From Minisyncoccota bacterium (GTDB taxonomy: Bacteria; Patescibacteriota; Minisyncoccia; Phycocordibacterales; UBA5272), in assembly GCA_041651055.1 (NCBI GenBank), contig JBAZJW010000001.1, forward strand, positions 84,737-148,736: DNA of 64,000 bases, read 5' to 3'. Shown here one piece after another: positions 38,491-50,912 of this stretch (within the stretch, counting starts at the first letter, position 1; each line of letters opens with the position of its first letter). Position numbers and translations under genes: made by a program. A model generated the notes under the pieces. It was not told the origin of the DNA, searched no databases, and saw only the letters and a program-made list of their open reading frames with translations.

Positions 38491-38988
38491 ATGCAAGAAA
38501 TATTAAACATTCTCGGTTCTGTTGGCTTCAACTGGCACGTTGCGCTCGCGAACTTCATCAACTTCCTCATCATCTTGTTTCTTTTGAACAAGTTCTTTTT
38601 CGGTAAAATCGGAAAGGTTATACAAACTCGTCACGATGTCATTGAAAAAGGGCTTTCTCAGGCATCGGATGCTGAAAAGGCTCTCGCTTCTGCTTCTGAG
38701 GAAAAGAAGAAAATGATAAAAGAAGCTCGAAAGGAGGGTCAGGATATCGTCGCAGCGGCGGAAGTGAATGCATCAGCTCTCGCTGAAAGCATTTGCAAAG
38801 AAGCTGAAGATGATGCTGCAAGAAAAATGGAATCGTTAGCAGAAAAAGAAGCAAATCTAAAGGCTCATGTAGAAAAAGAGTTTGCAGAGCGTGCTCCAGC
38901 TATTGTTGCCAAGCTTTATGCTGCCGCACTTTCAAAAGAAATGACCCAGACAGATAACGACGCCCTCATTGCTCGTATGAACGCATAA
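38491..38988 (+). CDS. atpF: ATP synthase F0 subunit b
   Basis: INFLIILFLLNKFFF followed by a coiled coil; operon position. Confidence 0.92.
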   Translation: MQEILNILGSVGFNWHVALANFINFLIILFLLNKFFFGKIGKVIQTRHDVIEKGLSQASDAEKALASASEEKKKMIKEARKEGQDIVAAAEVNASALAESICKEAEDDAARKMESLAEKEANLKAHVEKEFAERAPAIVAKLYAAALSKEMTQTDNDALIARMNA

Positions 38989-39041
38989 GTATGTATTTGT
39001 ATCCACTAAAAACTGGAAACTAAAAACTAAAAACTGCCCTT

Positions 39042-39392
39042 ATGACCTTATCCCGCAAAATTGCCACCTACATTGTAGAAAAGAATGTGAGTATTGGTGT
39101 TGTTTCAGAAACACTTCAAGAATACAAACTTCTCTCATTACTGCCTTCTATTTTGAAAGCGGTAACGCAAATGAAAAGCGATGATGGTGCACGGGATACT
39201 GTTTTGATAGAAACCCCGTTTGAAGCTTCAGAAGAATCGATAGCACATATCAAACGGATTGTAGGAAATGATATAGCCCCGCACAGGGTAACTGTTAACA
39301 AAAATCTCCTTGCAGGATTCAAGGCTCGGTTCAAAGGGAAATTATACGATGGGTCCGCCGAACGAGTACTGAGACAGTTAACTAATTACTAA
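39042..39392 (+). CDS. atpH: ATP synthase delta subunit (short form)
   Basis: Operon position and the OSCP C-terminal motif VNKNLLAGF..YDGS. Confidence 0.8.
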   Translation: MTLSRKIATYIVEKNVSIGVVSETLQEYKLLSLLPSILKAVTQMKSDDGARDTVLIETPFEASEESIAHIKRIVGNDIAPHRVTVNKNLLAGFKARFKGKLYDGSAERVLRQLTNY

Positions 39393-39412
39393 TAACCAAT
39401 AACCACCAAGCC

Positions 39413-40915
39413 ATGTCAGTAGAAAAAATAATCAAGGATCTTGAAAAAAAGATAGAAAGCCTTTCAACAGAAATCGAAGTCAATGAAGTCGGGAATGTTA
39501 TCTCTGTAAGTGATGGTATTGCTCGTGTTTCTGGACTTTTCTCATGCGCAAGTATGGAAGAAGTGACATTTGCTTCTGGTGCGAAAGGTCTCGCACTCAA
39601 CTTGGAATCCGACATGGTGGGAGTAGTTATTGTTTCTGGTGCTGACATGGTACGTGAAGGTGAAGAGGTGACACGTACAGGACGTGTGCTCGCTATCCCT
39701 GTAGGAGAAGCGCTCCTTGGTCGTGTAGTTGATTCACTCATGAATCCAGTAGACGGCGAAAAGCTCTCAGGACTCACGTCATTTGAACTTGTAGAAAAGA
39801 TTGCACCAGGTGTTATGGATCGCGAACCGGTGAATGTGCCAATGCAAACAGGTATCAAGGCTATTGACGCTATGATTCCTGTTGGACGCGGACAGCGTGA
39901 ACTCATCATTGGTGATCGCCAGACAGGAAAGACGACTATCGCTATCGACACCATCATTAACCAAAAAGGCACAGGAGTTATTTGTGTATACGTTGCTATC
40001 GGTCAAAAGGAATCAAAAATCGCACAGATTGTTGAAAAACTTCGTGCGACAGGTGCTATGGAATACACCGTGGTGGTGCTCGCCGGAGCGTCACACTCCG
40101 CCGCACTTTCATACCTCGCACCATATGCAGGTACTGCCGTTGCTGAATATTTTATGGGACAAAAGAAGGATGTGCTCGTTGTGTACGATGATCTTTCAAA
40201 GCATGCGGTTGCGTATCGTGAAATGTCGCTTCTTCTCAAGCGTCCACCAGGACGTGAAGCGTATCCTGGAGATGTGTTCTACCTCCACTCACGCCTTCTT
40301 GAGCGTGCATGTCGCAGAAATGAGGCTGCTGGGGGTGGTTCTATAACCGCGCTCCCAATTATCGAAACACAAGCCGGGGACGTGTCAGCATATATTCCAA
40401 CGAACGTTATTTCTATTACCGACGGACAAATCTTCTTGGATGCGAACCTCTTTTACAAGGGTATGCGACCAGCTATTGATGTTGGACTTTCAGTATCTCG
40501 TGTGGGTTCTTCAGCACAAACAAAAGCAATGAAGAAGAATGCTGGTAAAATGAAACTCGCTATGGCACAGTATCGTGAGCTCGAATCATTCTCACAGTTT
40601 GACTCTGATCTTGATGCGGATACCAAGCGTACTATCGAACGAGGAAAGCGAACACAAGAAATGTTGAAGCAGGCAAACGGTAGCCCACTTCGTACAGGTC
40701 TTCAGGTGTCGACCGTGTATGCAGTGAACAATGGCTTTGTGGATACTGTCCCGACGACAGATATCGTTGCATGGGAAAAGGCAATGCATAGTTACATGAG
40801 TTCTACTGCCAAAGACGTGCTCGTTGCTATCGAGAAAGGATGGGACGAGGCAACAGAGGAATCTCTTAAGAAAGCTTTAGAGAATTTTGTGCACATCCAT
40901 GGAAATAATGAGTAG
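39413..40915 (+). CDS. atpA: ATP synthase F1 alpha subunit
   Basis: GDRQTGKT, PGREAYPGDVFYLHSRLLER. Confidence 0.97.
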   Translation: MSVEKIIKDLEKKIESLSTEIEVNEVGNVISVSDGIARVSGLFSCASMEEVTFASGAKGLALNLESDMVGVVIVSGADMVREGEEVTRTGRVLAIPVGEALLGRVVDSLMNPVDGEKLSGLTSFELVEKIAPGVMDREPVNVPMQTGIKAIDAMIPVGRGQRELIIGDRQTGKTTIAIDTIINQKGTGVICVYVAIGQKESKIAQIVEKLRATGAMEYTVVVLAGASHSAALSYLAPYAGTAVAEYFMGQKKDVLVVYDDLSKHAVAYREMSLLLKRPPGREAYPGDVFYLHSRLLERACRRNEAAGGGSITALPIIETQAGDVSAYIPTNVISITDGQIFLDANLFYKGMRPAIDVGLSVSRVGSSAQTKAMKKNAGKMKLAMAQYRELESFSQFDSDLDADTKRTIERGKRTQEMLKQANGSPLRTGLQVSTVYAVNNGFVDTVPTTDIVAWEKAMHSYMSSTAKDVLVAIEKGWDEATEESLKKALENFVHIHGNNE

Positions 40916-41012
40916 TATTACATGCTAATTTTTAGTTTTTAATTTTAAATTTTTATTGAAATACATTCATTAGAAACTAAGAACTAAAAACTAAAAATTT
41001 TGCGAAGCAACC

Positions 41013-41861
41013 ATGCAAACAAAAATTATCAAACAAAAAATCAAGAGTGTCGGCAGTATCAAGAAAATCACTAAAACGATGGAGATGGTTTCTGCTGCGA
41101 AGATGAAAAAGGCTATTGATAACGCTCTTACACTTCGACCATTCCATACTGAGGCACAAAATGTGCTTCAGGATATTTCGCTTGACCCACTAACTCGTCA
41201 TGAACTTCTCGCACACAATGGTGTCGAGGGTGACGTGGTGATTATTGTTGCATCAAATAAAGGTTTGTGTGGAAGTTACAATGTGAACGTGTACCGTAAA
41301 TTACTCGAGGCCTACACTGCGGATGAGCGTAAGAATTTGAAAGTGATTGCGTACGGAAAGTATTCTGAAAAAGTTGCTAAGAAGCTTCATTTAGAAACAC
41401 TTGCATCATTTAATCATCCTGTGCTTACATCAGACGATGCTCATGCGACAGCGACGATGATTGTCGATTGGTACAAAGAAAAGAAAATCGGCACAGTACG
41501 TGTGCTCTACACACACTTCACTTCTGGTACGGTCTTTACACCGACACTGCTACAACTGCTTCCATTTTTATCTGACGGAAAACCAGATACACACGGTGAA
41601 CCGAGATATGCATATGAACCAGATCAGGAAGCCGTGCTCTCAAGTATTATTCCAATGATGCTTCACAACATTATTTATGGTGCTATTTTAGAAAGTTGTG
41701 CGTCTGAACATTCAGCACGTATGTTTGCTATGAAATCAGCGACAGATAATGCGAGTGAACTCGAAGACGAGCTTAAGTTGTACTACAACCGCGCTCGCCA
41801 GGAACGCGTGACGCAAGAAATCGCCGAGATTACTTCTGGAGCTATGGCCCTGTCTTCCTAA
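41013..41861 (+). CDS. atpG: ATP synthase F1 gamma subunit
   Basis: KITKTMEMVSAAK, SEHSARM.AM..ATDNA, RQERVTQEI. Confidence 0.96.
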   Translation: MQTKIIKQKIKSVGSIKKITKTMEMVSAAKMKKAIDNALTLRPFHTEAQNVLQDISLDPLTRHELLAHNGVEGDVVIIVASNKGLCGSYNVNVYRKLLEAYTADERKNLKVIAYGKYSEKVAKKLHLETLASFNHPVLTSDDAHATATMIVDWYKEKKIGTVRVLYTHFTSGTVFTPTLLQLLPFLSDGKPDTHGEPRYAYEPDQEAVLSSIIPMMLHNIIYGAILESCASEHSARMFAMKSATDNASELEDELKLYYNRARQERVTQEIAEITSGAMALSS

Positions 41862-41909
41862 AAGCAAAATAATGCGCTCATATACATGAGCTCATCATTT
41901 TGCTTTTAA

Positions 41910-43337
<1,428 letters not shown>

Positions 43338-43417
43338 TTCACGTTATTCGTTGCTTGTTATTCGTTAGGAAATTCAAAACGAAGAACGAAGAACGAAGAA
43401 CGCCCTAACGATCATTT

Positions 43418-43840
43418 ATGTTATCACTCAAAGTAGTCACCCCCGATAAAGTAGTTGTTGATGAAATAATCGACAATGTTAGTATTCCGACAACGAGCGG
43501 TGTGATTACGGTGCTCAACAAACACATTCCACTTGTTTCCTCTATTAAGGCAGGGGAAATGATTGTGCGAAAAGGAGCAACAGGGATTAGTTATGCAGTC
43601 TTTAAAGGTTTGGTAAATGTGCGCCCACATCGAAAAGGTTTGACTGAAGTGGTGGTGTTACTCGAGAGAGGTGAAGCCGTTGATGAACTTGATCATGCGC
43701 GCGCCGAAGAAGCGCTTGCACGAGCAAAAGCTATGAAAGATGAAAAGGAAGATGATGTGGACTTCGGAGTATTTGAAGGAATGATTGAAAAGGAATTGAA
43801 CCGCGTGAAAATTGCGGTGAAGCACAGGAGACATTTATAG
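43418..43840 (+). CDS. atpC: ATP synthase F1 epsilon subunit
   Basis: LKVVTPD, G.ITVL..H.PLVS, C-terminal helices. Confidence 0.9.
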   Translation: MLSLKVVTPDKVVVDEIIDNVSIPTTSGVITVLNKHIPLVSSIKAGEMIVRKGATGISYAVFKGLVNVRPHRKGLTEVVVLLERGEAVDELDHARAEEALARAKAMKDEKEDDVDFGVFEGMIEKELNRVKIAVKHRRHL

Positions 43841-43945
43841 TCGAAAGTCTATAAAGTCCGTAAAGTTAAAAGGAAATAAAAATACTTAAATTAGAATTAA
43901 AAACAGCGGCCCGAGGGTCGCTGTTAGCACTACACGGTGAGTCTT

Positions 43946-44230
43946 TTACTTGACAGGATCAAGCAGATAATGTCCTTTGGAGGTGTTTACCAGTAGGCAG
44001 CCGTCAGACATTCGGTCAAGTGTTGTTATTGGTTTCGATTTCAAGTCTGGGTTGTGTTGTGGGTCGCACGGGAGCTCCATTTCAGCGAAGTGACGGGATA
44101 CGGAAGCGCTCACTGGTTCAAAATGAAGTCGCCCACCCACCCGTGGTTTGTCTTTAACCAGTCCCGCAAATATTGGGGGTACCACAAGCCTCGTTAATGT
44201 GGCATTGCCCTGGAAATATGCAAGGTACAT
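43946..44230 (-). CDS. Orphan protein, 94 aa (cassette 8)
   Basis: AAGGAG SD, promoter TTGACA-17-TAGTAT (44344-44316), terminator 43899-43926. Start revised. Confidence 0.65.
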   Translation of the reverse strand: MYLAYFQGNATLTRLVVPPIFAGLVKDKPRVGGRLHFEPVSASVSRHFAEMELPCDPQHNPDLKSKPITTLDRMSDGCLLVNTSKGHYLLDPVK

Positions 44231-44382
44231 CGTTTCTCCTTGAGACACCCAACTTCTCTTGGGTGTAAATTACGATTAGGAGGGTGAGAAGCCCTCTGGT
44301 ACTTTTCAATTAAGAATACTAAAGTAAATAAACTCTTGTGTCAAATACGGGGAGGCCACTTCGTGGCCTCCCCACGTTCTCT

Positions 44383-45150
44383 TTACAGAAGAATTATGAG
44401 AAGTAGTATACCTACAATAATTCTATACCATCCAAAAACTTTAAATGAATGTGAACGAATGTAATCTAAGAAATATCTAATGACGATAAGCGCGACAGCA
44501 AATGATATAAAAGTGCCGAAAAGAATAGGGATGATCTCAGTAAATACCAACTCACTGTTTTTTTTGTAGAGTGTATAGAGTGTTGCAATAACCATGGTTG
44601 GTACGGCAAGTAAAAAAGTAAATTCAGTGAGCACTTTTCGAGAAAGTTTCATTGTAAGCCCTCCAATAATCATTGCACCAGAACGAGAAACCCCAGGCAC
44701 AACGGCAATTGCCTGATAAAAACCAAGAAGAAGAGCTTGTGTGTAAGTAATTTCTCGCGCCTTCACATCTCCTCCTTCTTGTTTCTTTGTGTACCAATTT
44801 TCTACGAGAATAATAATAATTCCACCTAGTGTCATTGTGAAGGCCACAAGAAGAGGATTCTGTAGCCATTGTTTAATATGTGGAAACACTACTAGGCCGA
44901 CAATTCCGGTTGGAATAAATGCAACGATTAGTTTTTTTATGATACCGAGATCAAAAAGTTTTTTAAAGTACAGTACTACAACGGCCGCGATTGCTCCGAC
45001 CTGTACTACAATTTCAAATGTGGCAAGAGTGCTTGATTCTTGGAGGTGTAAAAAGTGCGATACGAGCACCATGTGTCCCGTAGACGATATCGGTAAAAAT
45101 TCTGTTAACCCTTCAATGATTCCAAGTATGAGTGAGTGAAATAGTGTCAT
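44383..45150 (-). CDS. uppP: Undecaprenyl-diphosphatase UppP (BacA)
   Basis: EGLTEFLPISSTGH, PGVSRSG. Confidence 0.95.
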   Translation of the reverse strand: MTLFHSLILGIIEGLTEFLPISSTGHMVLVSHFLHLQESSTLATFEIVVQVGAIAAVVVLYFKKLFDLGIIKKLIVAFIPTGIVGLVVFPHIKQWLQNPLLVAFTMTLGGIIIILVENWYTKKQEGGDVKAREITYTQALLLGFYQAIAVVPGVSRSGAMIIGGLTMKLSRKVLTEFTFLLAVPTMVIATLYTLYKKNSELVFTEIIPILFGTFISFAVALIVIRYFLDYIRSHSFKVFGWYRIIVGILLLIILL

Positions 45151-45193
45151 GTTTCAAAGTTTAACACATATGCTATGCTGTTTTTACTACGCT

Positions 45194-45643
45194 ATGGATA
45201 ACGCTATTTATTTTGTTGCCGCTCTTCCCATTTATGTGGCAAGTGTATACGCGCTTATGCATGTGCTTACAAAACATGAGAAGAAACATCATGTTCGGCA
45301 TATTTTTATTATTGCAGGCAGTGCTGTGCTTTCGTGGGTTGTTTCTGTGTATGCAAAAGATATCATCGCACACCCTCGTCCAGATTTATCAAGTGCTCTT
45401 TTTATTCCAAGCGACCCGTATAGTTTTCCGTCAGGGCATGCTGCATTTATGTTTGGACTTGCATGGAGCATGTACTCATTCGATAAGCATGCTGGTAAAA
45501 TACTTTTCATTTTAGCTACAGTCACAGGTATCGCACGTGTGCTCGCTGGAGTGCACTATTGGTACGATATTGTCGGTGGATTCATGCTTGCATATTTTAT
45601 TGCATACGTGATTCATTTTGCATCTCGTAAAATTCTCGCCTAA
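45194..45643 (+). CDS. PAP2-family phosphatase (BcrC-like)
   Basis: K....HPRP, SFPSGH, ARVLAGVHYWYD. Start revised to MDNAIY. Confidence 0.88.
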   Translation: MDNAIYFVAALPIYVASVYALMHVLTKHEKKHHVRHIFIIAGSAVLSWVVSVYAKDIIAHPRPDLSSALFIPSDPYSFPSGHAAFMFGLAWSMYSFDKHAGKILFILATVTGIARVLAGVHYWYDIVGGFMLAYFIAYVIHFASRKILA

Positions 45644-45744
45644 CAACACTTTTCCTTCTAAGGATTTTTATCTCTCATGCTACACTTTGTGTATTGAGTG
45701 AGATTTTGTATTTCTCTCACCTCTCTCCTTTATTTCTCTAAACT

Positions 45745-47973
45745 ATGAAGTTGTCCCACATCACCATACAAGGCTTCAAATCCTTTGCCAAGAAAACTAC
45801 ACTTGATGTCACACATCAGGTGACCGGTGTTGTTGGTCCGAACGGCTCAGGAAAATCAAATATCGCTGAAGCGATACGCTTCGTGCTCGGAGAACAATCC
45901 ATGAAAAGTATGCGTGGTAAGATTGGTGCTGATGTTATTTTCAAAGGGTCAGAACATCTTGCACAAATGTCACGTGCCTCAGTGACGATGGTGATAGATA
46001 ATAAAGAAAAAGGTGACACATCACACGCAAGTGCTGAGCTTGCAACGTATCTCGTCTACGATGAACTCGTGCTCTCACGTGTCATTTATGCCGACGGCAC
46101 GAGTGATTATATGTTGAACGATGCCAAGATTCGCCTGAAGGATGTGCAGGAACTTTTATCATTTGCAGGTATTGGTGGAAGTTCTCATACCATTATCAAT
46201 CAAGGTGAGGCAGACAGAATTTTGCTCGCTTCTCCACGTGACCGCAAAGAAGCACTCGAAGATGCTCTCGGTCTTCGTGTCTACCACATGCGCTTGAATG
46301 AAAGTAAACGTAAGCTTGATCGGGTGAAGACACATGTGCACGAGGTGGATTTACTTCGAAAAGAAATAGCTCCGCACCTCTCACACCTCAAACGTCAGGT
46401 TGAAAAAATAGAGTCACAAGAAGAAGAAAGACAAAAGTTGCACGTACTTCTCACTGCGTATCTCACTCGTGAAGCGTATGAACTTGGATTATTACATGAA
46501 CGAATATGTGAACAAGGGGCATCTTCCTCGCTTGTATTAATTACTGACTCTATCAACAAAGAGTTACATGTACTTCGAGAAAAAACGCATGATGTCAGAA
46601 TAGAAACGGGTGCAGAAAAGCAAACTTTGCAAGCCGAAATGCGTTCGATTCTCGAGCGTCGCGATCAGGTGACCAAGACTCTCGGAAGACTAGAAGCCGA
46701 AAAAGCTTATCTTGAAAAAGAGTTACTTCGTGAACATGAGCAAAAAGCAATCACCATAGATAATGCCGAGTTTATCAATACGCACTCACTCATTTCTCAC
46801 GGCTTCGAAGGTTTGCATCACGCTCTCGGGTTAGAAAATATTACTGATGCAAAAAATAAGGCCGCACAAATTTCTGATACGGTTGAAACATTTTTCACAA
46901 CACATGCGACAGGTGAAGAGTCCAAAAAAGACCTTATCACTAAAGACATTTCGGTGATTGTTGTCGCTATCGAAGATCATGAAGCAAAAGAACGAGAGTT
47001 GAGTAAAGAAATGGTCGCTCTTCAAGAACGGTTGGACATGGTAGACACACATGCACAAAGAGATGTGCAATCACGTCACGATGAAGAAAAGAAAATCATG
47101 CTTCTCGAAAGTAAACTTCGCGAACTTGAAAGTACGATAGCGCTACGAAAACAAGAAGAAGGCGAACTTTCTTTGCGACGACAACACTTCGATGCATTAC
47201 TTCAGGAAGGAATATTAATTGTTGGACGCGTCATCGCTGGATACAAGGAAGAAAGAGTGGATGAGAAATATAACAACACACCAAAGCACGATTTGATGCG
47301 TGCTATTGAACGTTCCAAGCTTCGCATTGAAGAAGCCGGGGTACCGAATCGTGAAGAAGTCATCGCAGAATACAAGACGACGCAAGAACGCGAAGCATAT
47401 CTCACCAAAGAGCTTGCCGACATACAAGAAAGCGAAGTGAAGTTGCTCACGCTTATCGACGAGCTCACGATATCGCTTGAAGAGCGTTTTTCAAAAGGGG
47501 TAACAGAAGTATCAAAAGTGTTCGGTGAATTCTTTGGTGAAGTATTCGTTGGAGGAAAAGGAAAGTTGTCGCTCGTGCAATTGACGAAGATAGACGAAGA
47601 GGGGAATCAGATTACGGAGCAGGGAATAGACTTGGATGTGTCACTGCCAAATAAAAAAGTAAAAGAGATAAGTATGTTTTCTGGTGGCGAGCGGGCCCTC
47701 GTATCTATTTCGCTCTTGTTTGCCATGTCGGCTATCACTCCTCCACCATTTATGGTACTCGATGAGACAGATGCACCACTTGATGAATCAAATGCGCGCA
47801 AATATGGCATGATGCTGAAGCGACTTGCCGAGAAAAGTAAATTACTCGTCATCACACACAACCGCGAAACCATGAATCATTGTGACATGCTCTATGGCGT
47901 GACTATCGGAGTGGATGGTTCTTCGAAACTCCTTTCAATCGATTTTAAACAAGCCGAAGGCTTCGCGAAATAA
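45745..47973 (+). CDS. smc: SMC-family ATPase (short, 742 aa)
   Basis: QGFKSF, GPNGSGKSN, IINQG, FSGGE, LDETDAPLD. Confidence 0.88.
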   Translation: MKLSHITIQGFKSFAKKTTLDVTHQVTGVVGPNGSGKSNIAEAIRFVLGEQSMKSMRGKIGADVIFKGSEHLAQMSRASVTMVIDNKEKGDTSHASAELATYLVYDELVLSRVIYADGTSDYMLNDAKIRLKDVQELLSFAGIGGSSHTIINQGEADRILLASPRDRKEALEDALGLRVYHMRLNESKRKLDRVKTHVHEVDLLRKEIAPHLSHLKRQVEKIESQEEERQKLHVLLTAYLTREAYELGLLHERICEQGASSSLVLITDSINKELHVLREKTHDVRIETGAEKQTLQAEMRSILERRDQVTKTLGRLEAEKAYLEKELLREHEQKAITIDNAEFINTHSLISHGFEGLHHALGLENITDAKNKAAQISDTVETFFTTHATGEESKKDLITKDISVIVVAIEDHEAKERELSKEMVALQERLDMVDTHAQRDVQSRHDEEKKIMLLESKLRELESTIALRKQEEGELSLRRQHFDALLQEGILIVGRVIAGYKEERVDEKYNNTPKHDLMRAIERSKLRIEEAGVPNREEVIAEYKTTQEREAYLTKELADIQESEVKLLTLIDELTISLEERFSKGVTEVSKVFGEFFGEVFVGGKGKLSLVQLTKIDEEGNQITEQGIDLDVSLPNKKVKEISMFSGGERALVSISLLFAMSAITPPPFMVLDETDAPLDESNARKYGMMLKRLAEKSKLLVITHNRETMNHCDMLYGVTIGVDGSSKLLSIDFKQAEGFAK

Positions 47974-48064
47974 AGTAACAAGGCCTCGCCTTGTGTTTTG
48001 CAGTTCTTGTCATTAGTTAGTAATTATCAACCGGCACTGTATGGCTATGCTATACTCTATCAAT

Positions 48065-50005
48065 ATGGAAAGAATCTTCACTGGGTCTATTAGTATTACC
48101 TCAAAGAAGGATGGATATGTGCGAGTTCCGGAGCTTGAGCACGAAGGTGCTATTTTTGTTGACCATTCACACCTCAACACTGCGCTTCATGGAGACATGG
48201 TGCAAGTTGAACTTCTTGGTAAAAAGAAGAACGTAAAAGATGAGGACGAACTCTATGGAAAAGTTTTGAGTATTGTTGAGCGTGGAAAGAAGGGTTATGC
48301 GGGAATCATTGAAGAAGAAAACGGTATGTTCTTTTTACTTCCAGATGACAAGCGTATGTATACGGATATTATTATTCCGAACAATGCTCGCAAAGACGCC
48401 GAAGTGGGCATGAAGGTTCTCGTTGCTATTACAAATTGGACAGATCCAAAGAAATCTCCAGTCGGAGAGGTGACCGTGGTGCTCGGTAAACCAGGAGACA
48501 ACAATGCCGAAATGCTCGCGTATGCTCTTGAGCGTGGTTTTAGTGATGTGCACAATGAAGAGGTGGTGAAGGAAGCAGATGATATCAAAAAGCGAGGCAT
48601 CACAGAAAAAGACAAGGAGAATCGCAGGGATTTTCGTCAGATTCCTACGTTTACGATTGACCCAGCAGATGCAAAAGATTTCGACGATGCTATTTCATTT
48701 CAGACACTAGCGAATGGTCACTATGAGGTCGGGGTACATATCGCCGATGTGTCGTATTATGTGCGGCCAGGAATGGCCCTCGATGACGAATCAGTCGCTC
48801 GCGAAACTTCCGTATACCTTGTAGATAGATGTATTCCGATGCTTCCAGAAGTATTGTCGAATGATTTGTGTTCACTTGTTCAAGGAGAAGATCGTCTCGT
48901 GATGTCGTGTGTGCTTGAATTGGATGGTGAAGGAAAGGTTCACAACGAATGGTTCGGAAGATCTCTCATCAATTCACATCGTCGATATAGTTATGAGGAT
49001 GCACAGGCAACGCTCGATACAAAGCAGGGAGATTTTTACAATGAATTAAACATTTTGAATACTGTTGCGAAAAAGTTGACCCAGGCACGATTTGACAATG
49101 GCGCGCTCCAGCTCGAAACTGATGAAGTGAAGTTTAAATTAGACGAACAAGGTGTGCCTGTCGATGTGTACATTAAAACTCGTGGTGATACGCATAAATT
49201 AATCGAAGAGTACATGCTCTTGGCGAACAAGTATGTAAGTAAATTCATCACTAAGAAACAAGAAGAGAAAAATGGTGAAGGGAAGGCGATTTGTGTGTAC
49301 CGTGTTCACGACAAACCAGATCCAGATCGTATGCATGACCTCGACCTCTACATTCGCGGCTTGGGATATACCGTGCGATTCATGGATGGTCTCATTCCAT
49401 CACAAGACTTGAATGCGCTTCTCGAAAAGATGGGAGACAGACCAGAAAAGTCACTGCTTCAGGTGCATATTACTCGTTCTATGGCGAAGGCGATTTATAG
49501 TACCAAGAATATTGGTCACTACGGTCTTGCGTTTGATTACTATTCTCACTTCACGTCACCGATTCGTCGTTATCCAGATGTGCTCACTCATCGTTTGCTC
49601 ATGCGTGTGCTCGAAGGAGATTACCCACTGGAGTCAGAGCGTGGTTTGTATGACAAATTATGCATGCAAGCATCTCGTCGTGAAAAAGAGGCATCAGATG
49701 CTGAGCGTGGAAGTATCAAGTACAAGCAAGTGGAGTACATGTCATACCGTATCGGTCAGGAATTCGATGGTATGGTTTCCGGTGTTTCAGAATGGGGTAT
49801 TTATGTAGAAGAAAAGACGAGTAAGTGTGAAGGTATGATACGCCTTCGTGACCTCGGATCTGATTTCTATAACTTTGATCAAAAGGGTGGACGAGTGTTC
49901 GGTGAAAGAACGGGTATCGAATGGAAAATTGGCACACCGGTAAAAATAAAAGTGAAGAATGCGAATTTGGATTTGCGCGTGATTGATTATTCACTGGTGG
50001 CGTAA
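48065..50005 (+). CDS. rnr: Ribonuclease R (RNB family)
   Basis: TIDPADAKDFDDA, HFTSPIRRYPD and a C-terminal S1 domain. Start revised to MERIF. Confidence 0.92.
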   Translation: MERIFTGSISITSKKDGYVRVPELEHEGAIFVDHSHLNTALHGDMVQVELLGKKKNVKDEDELYGKVLSIVERGKKGYAGIIEEENGMFFLLPDDKRMYTDIIIPNNARKDAEVGMKVLVAITNWTDPKKSPVGEVTVVLGKPGDNNAEMLAYALERGFSDVHNEEVVKEADDIKKRGITEKDKENRRDFRQIPTFTIDPADAKDFDDAISFQTLANGHYEVGVHIADVSYYVRPGMALDDESVARETSVYLVDRCIPMLPEVLSNDLCSLVQGEDRLVMSCVLELDGEGKVHNEWFGRSLINSHRRYSYEDAQATLDTKQGDFYNELNILNTVAKKLTQARFDNGALQLETDEVKFKLDEQGVPVDVYIKTRGDTHKLIEEYMLLANKYVSKFITKKQEEKNGEGKAICVYRVHDKPDPDRMHDLDLYIRGLGYTVRFMDGLIPSQDLNALLEKMGDRPEKSLLQVHITRSMAKAIYSTKNIGHYGLAFDYYSHFTSPIRRYPDVLTHRLLMRVLEGDYPLESERGLYDKLCMQASRREKEASDAERGSIKYKQVEYMSYRIGQEFDGMVSGVSEWGIYVEEKTSKCEGMIRLRDLGSDFYNFDQKGGRVFGERTGIEWKIGTPVKIKVKNANLDLRVIDYSLVA

Positions 50006-50079
50006 ATGGTATAAAAAGAACGGCTTTGCGGCTGTTTTTTGTTTGTGGTAGAATTAGATTTCAGAAAGGAGGGTGCTCT

Positions 50080-50316
50080 ATGACCATCTTAGCTCTCGAC
50101 CTTGACCAAGGTCAAAAAGAAAAACTTCGTGAAATTTGGGATAAGGATTTGGATCGCTTTGTTCTTTACGGAACAAGCTTTCCGCCTTGTCCGCAAGGAA
50201 GGAAGTGTGAATGCCCTAACGTGAAAAAAGCTATGGGGCTCGAATTTCACGCATGTGACCCAGACCCCGCGACCGGATGCATCGTTCAGGTCAGCGTATT
50301 CAGTCAGGGGGTTTGA
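50080..50316 (+). CDS. Orphan Cys-rich small protein, 78 aa (cassette 9)
   Basis: AGGAGG SD, promoter TTGCGG-17-TAGAAT (50026-50054), hairpin plus T-run at 50317-50366, five Cys. Confidence 0.65.
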   Translation: MTILALDLDQGQKEKLREIWDKDLDRFVLYGTSFPPCPQGRKCECPNVKKAMGLEFHACDPDPATGCIVQVSVFSQGV

Positions 50317-50391
50317 AAGGCCTTGCCGTTCCGGTATCTTCGGGACGTGCAGGGCTTTCCTTTTTTATGAGGGTATGGTAGAATAAGCCAC

Positions 50392-50691
50392 ATGTTAAAA
50401 ATCAGATTACAACGTACAGGACGCAAGAACGACCCACATTTCCGTCTTATTGTTACCGAAAGTACACTCAAGGCAAAGACATCTCAGTTTACTGAGATTG
50501 TTGGAACATATAACGTGAAGCAGGGAATTTTCGAAGCGAAGGGCGATCGTGTGAAGCACTGGATGTCAGTTGGAGCTCAGACAACACCAACCGTACACAA
50601 TCTCCTCGTTTCAAAAGGTGTTATCGAAGGAAAGAAAATAAATGTTCTTCCAAAGAAAACAGTTCAAGCAAAGAAAGAAGTAAAGGCATAA
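50392..50691 (+). CDS. rpsP: 30S ribosomal protein S16
   Basis: MLKIRLQRTGRKNDPHFRL, GAQTT.TV. Confidence 0.96.
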   Translation: MLKIRLQRTGRKNDPHFRLIVTESTLKAKTSQFTEIVGTYNVKQGIFEAKGDRVKHWMSVGAQTTPTVHNLLVSKGVIEGKKINVLPKKTVQAKKEVKA

Positions 50692-50692
50692 C

Positions 50693-50736
50693 TTTAAAAA
50701 TAAAATCTCTGCAATTGCAGAGATTTTATTTTTAAA
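50693..50736. terminator. Perfect 44-nt palindrome after rpsP
   Basis: TTTAAAAATAAAATCTCTGCAATTGCAGAGATTTTATTTTTAAA. Confidence 0.6.
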
Positions 50737-50912
50737 ATTCACTTTTTTGTTAAAAGTTTCTAAAGTTTAAGGTTCATAAAGTAAGTCTAGGCTTTCATGT
50801 CTACTTTTGACTTTATGAACTTTTAACTGACTTTGTGCACAACTTTTACTATTCTATTTTGTACTTGGTACACTTACTGATGTAACGTACAAAATATACA
50901 AGAAAAACCAAT

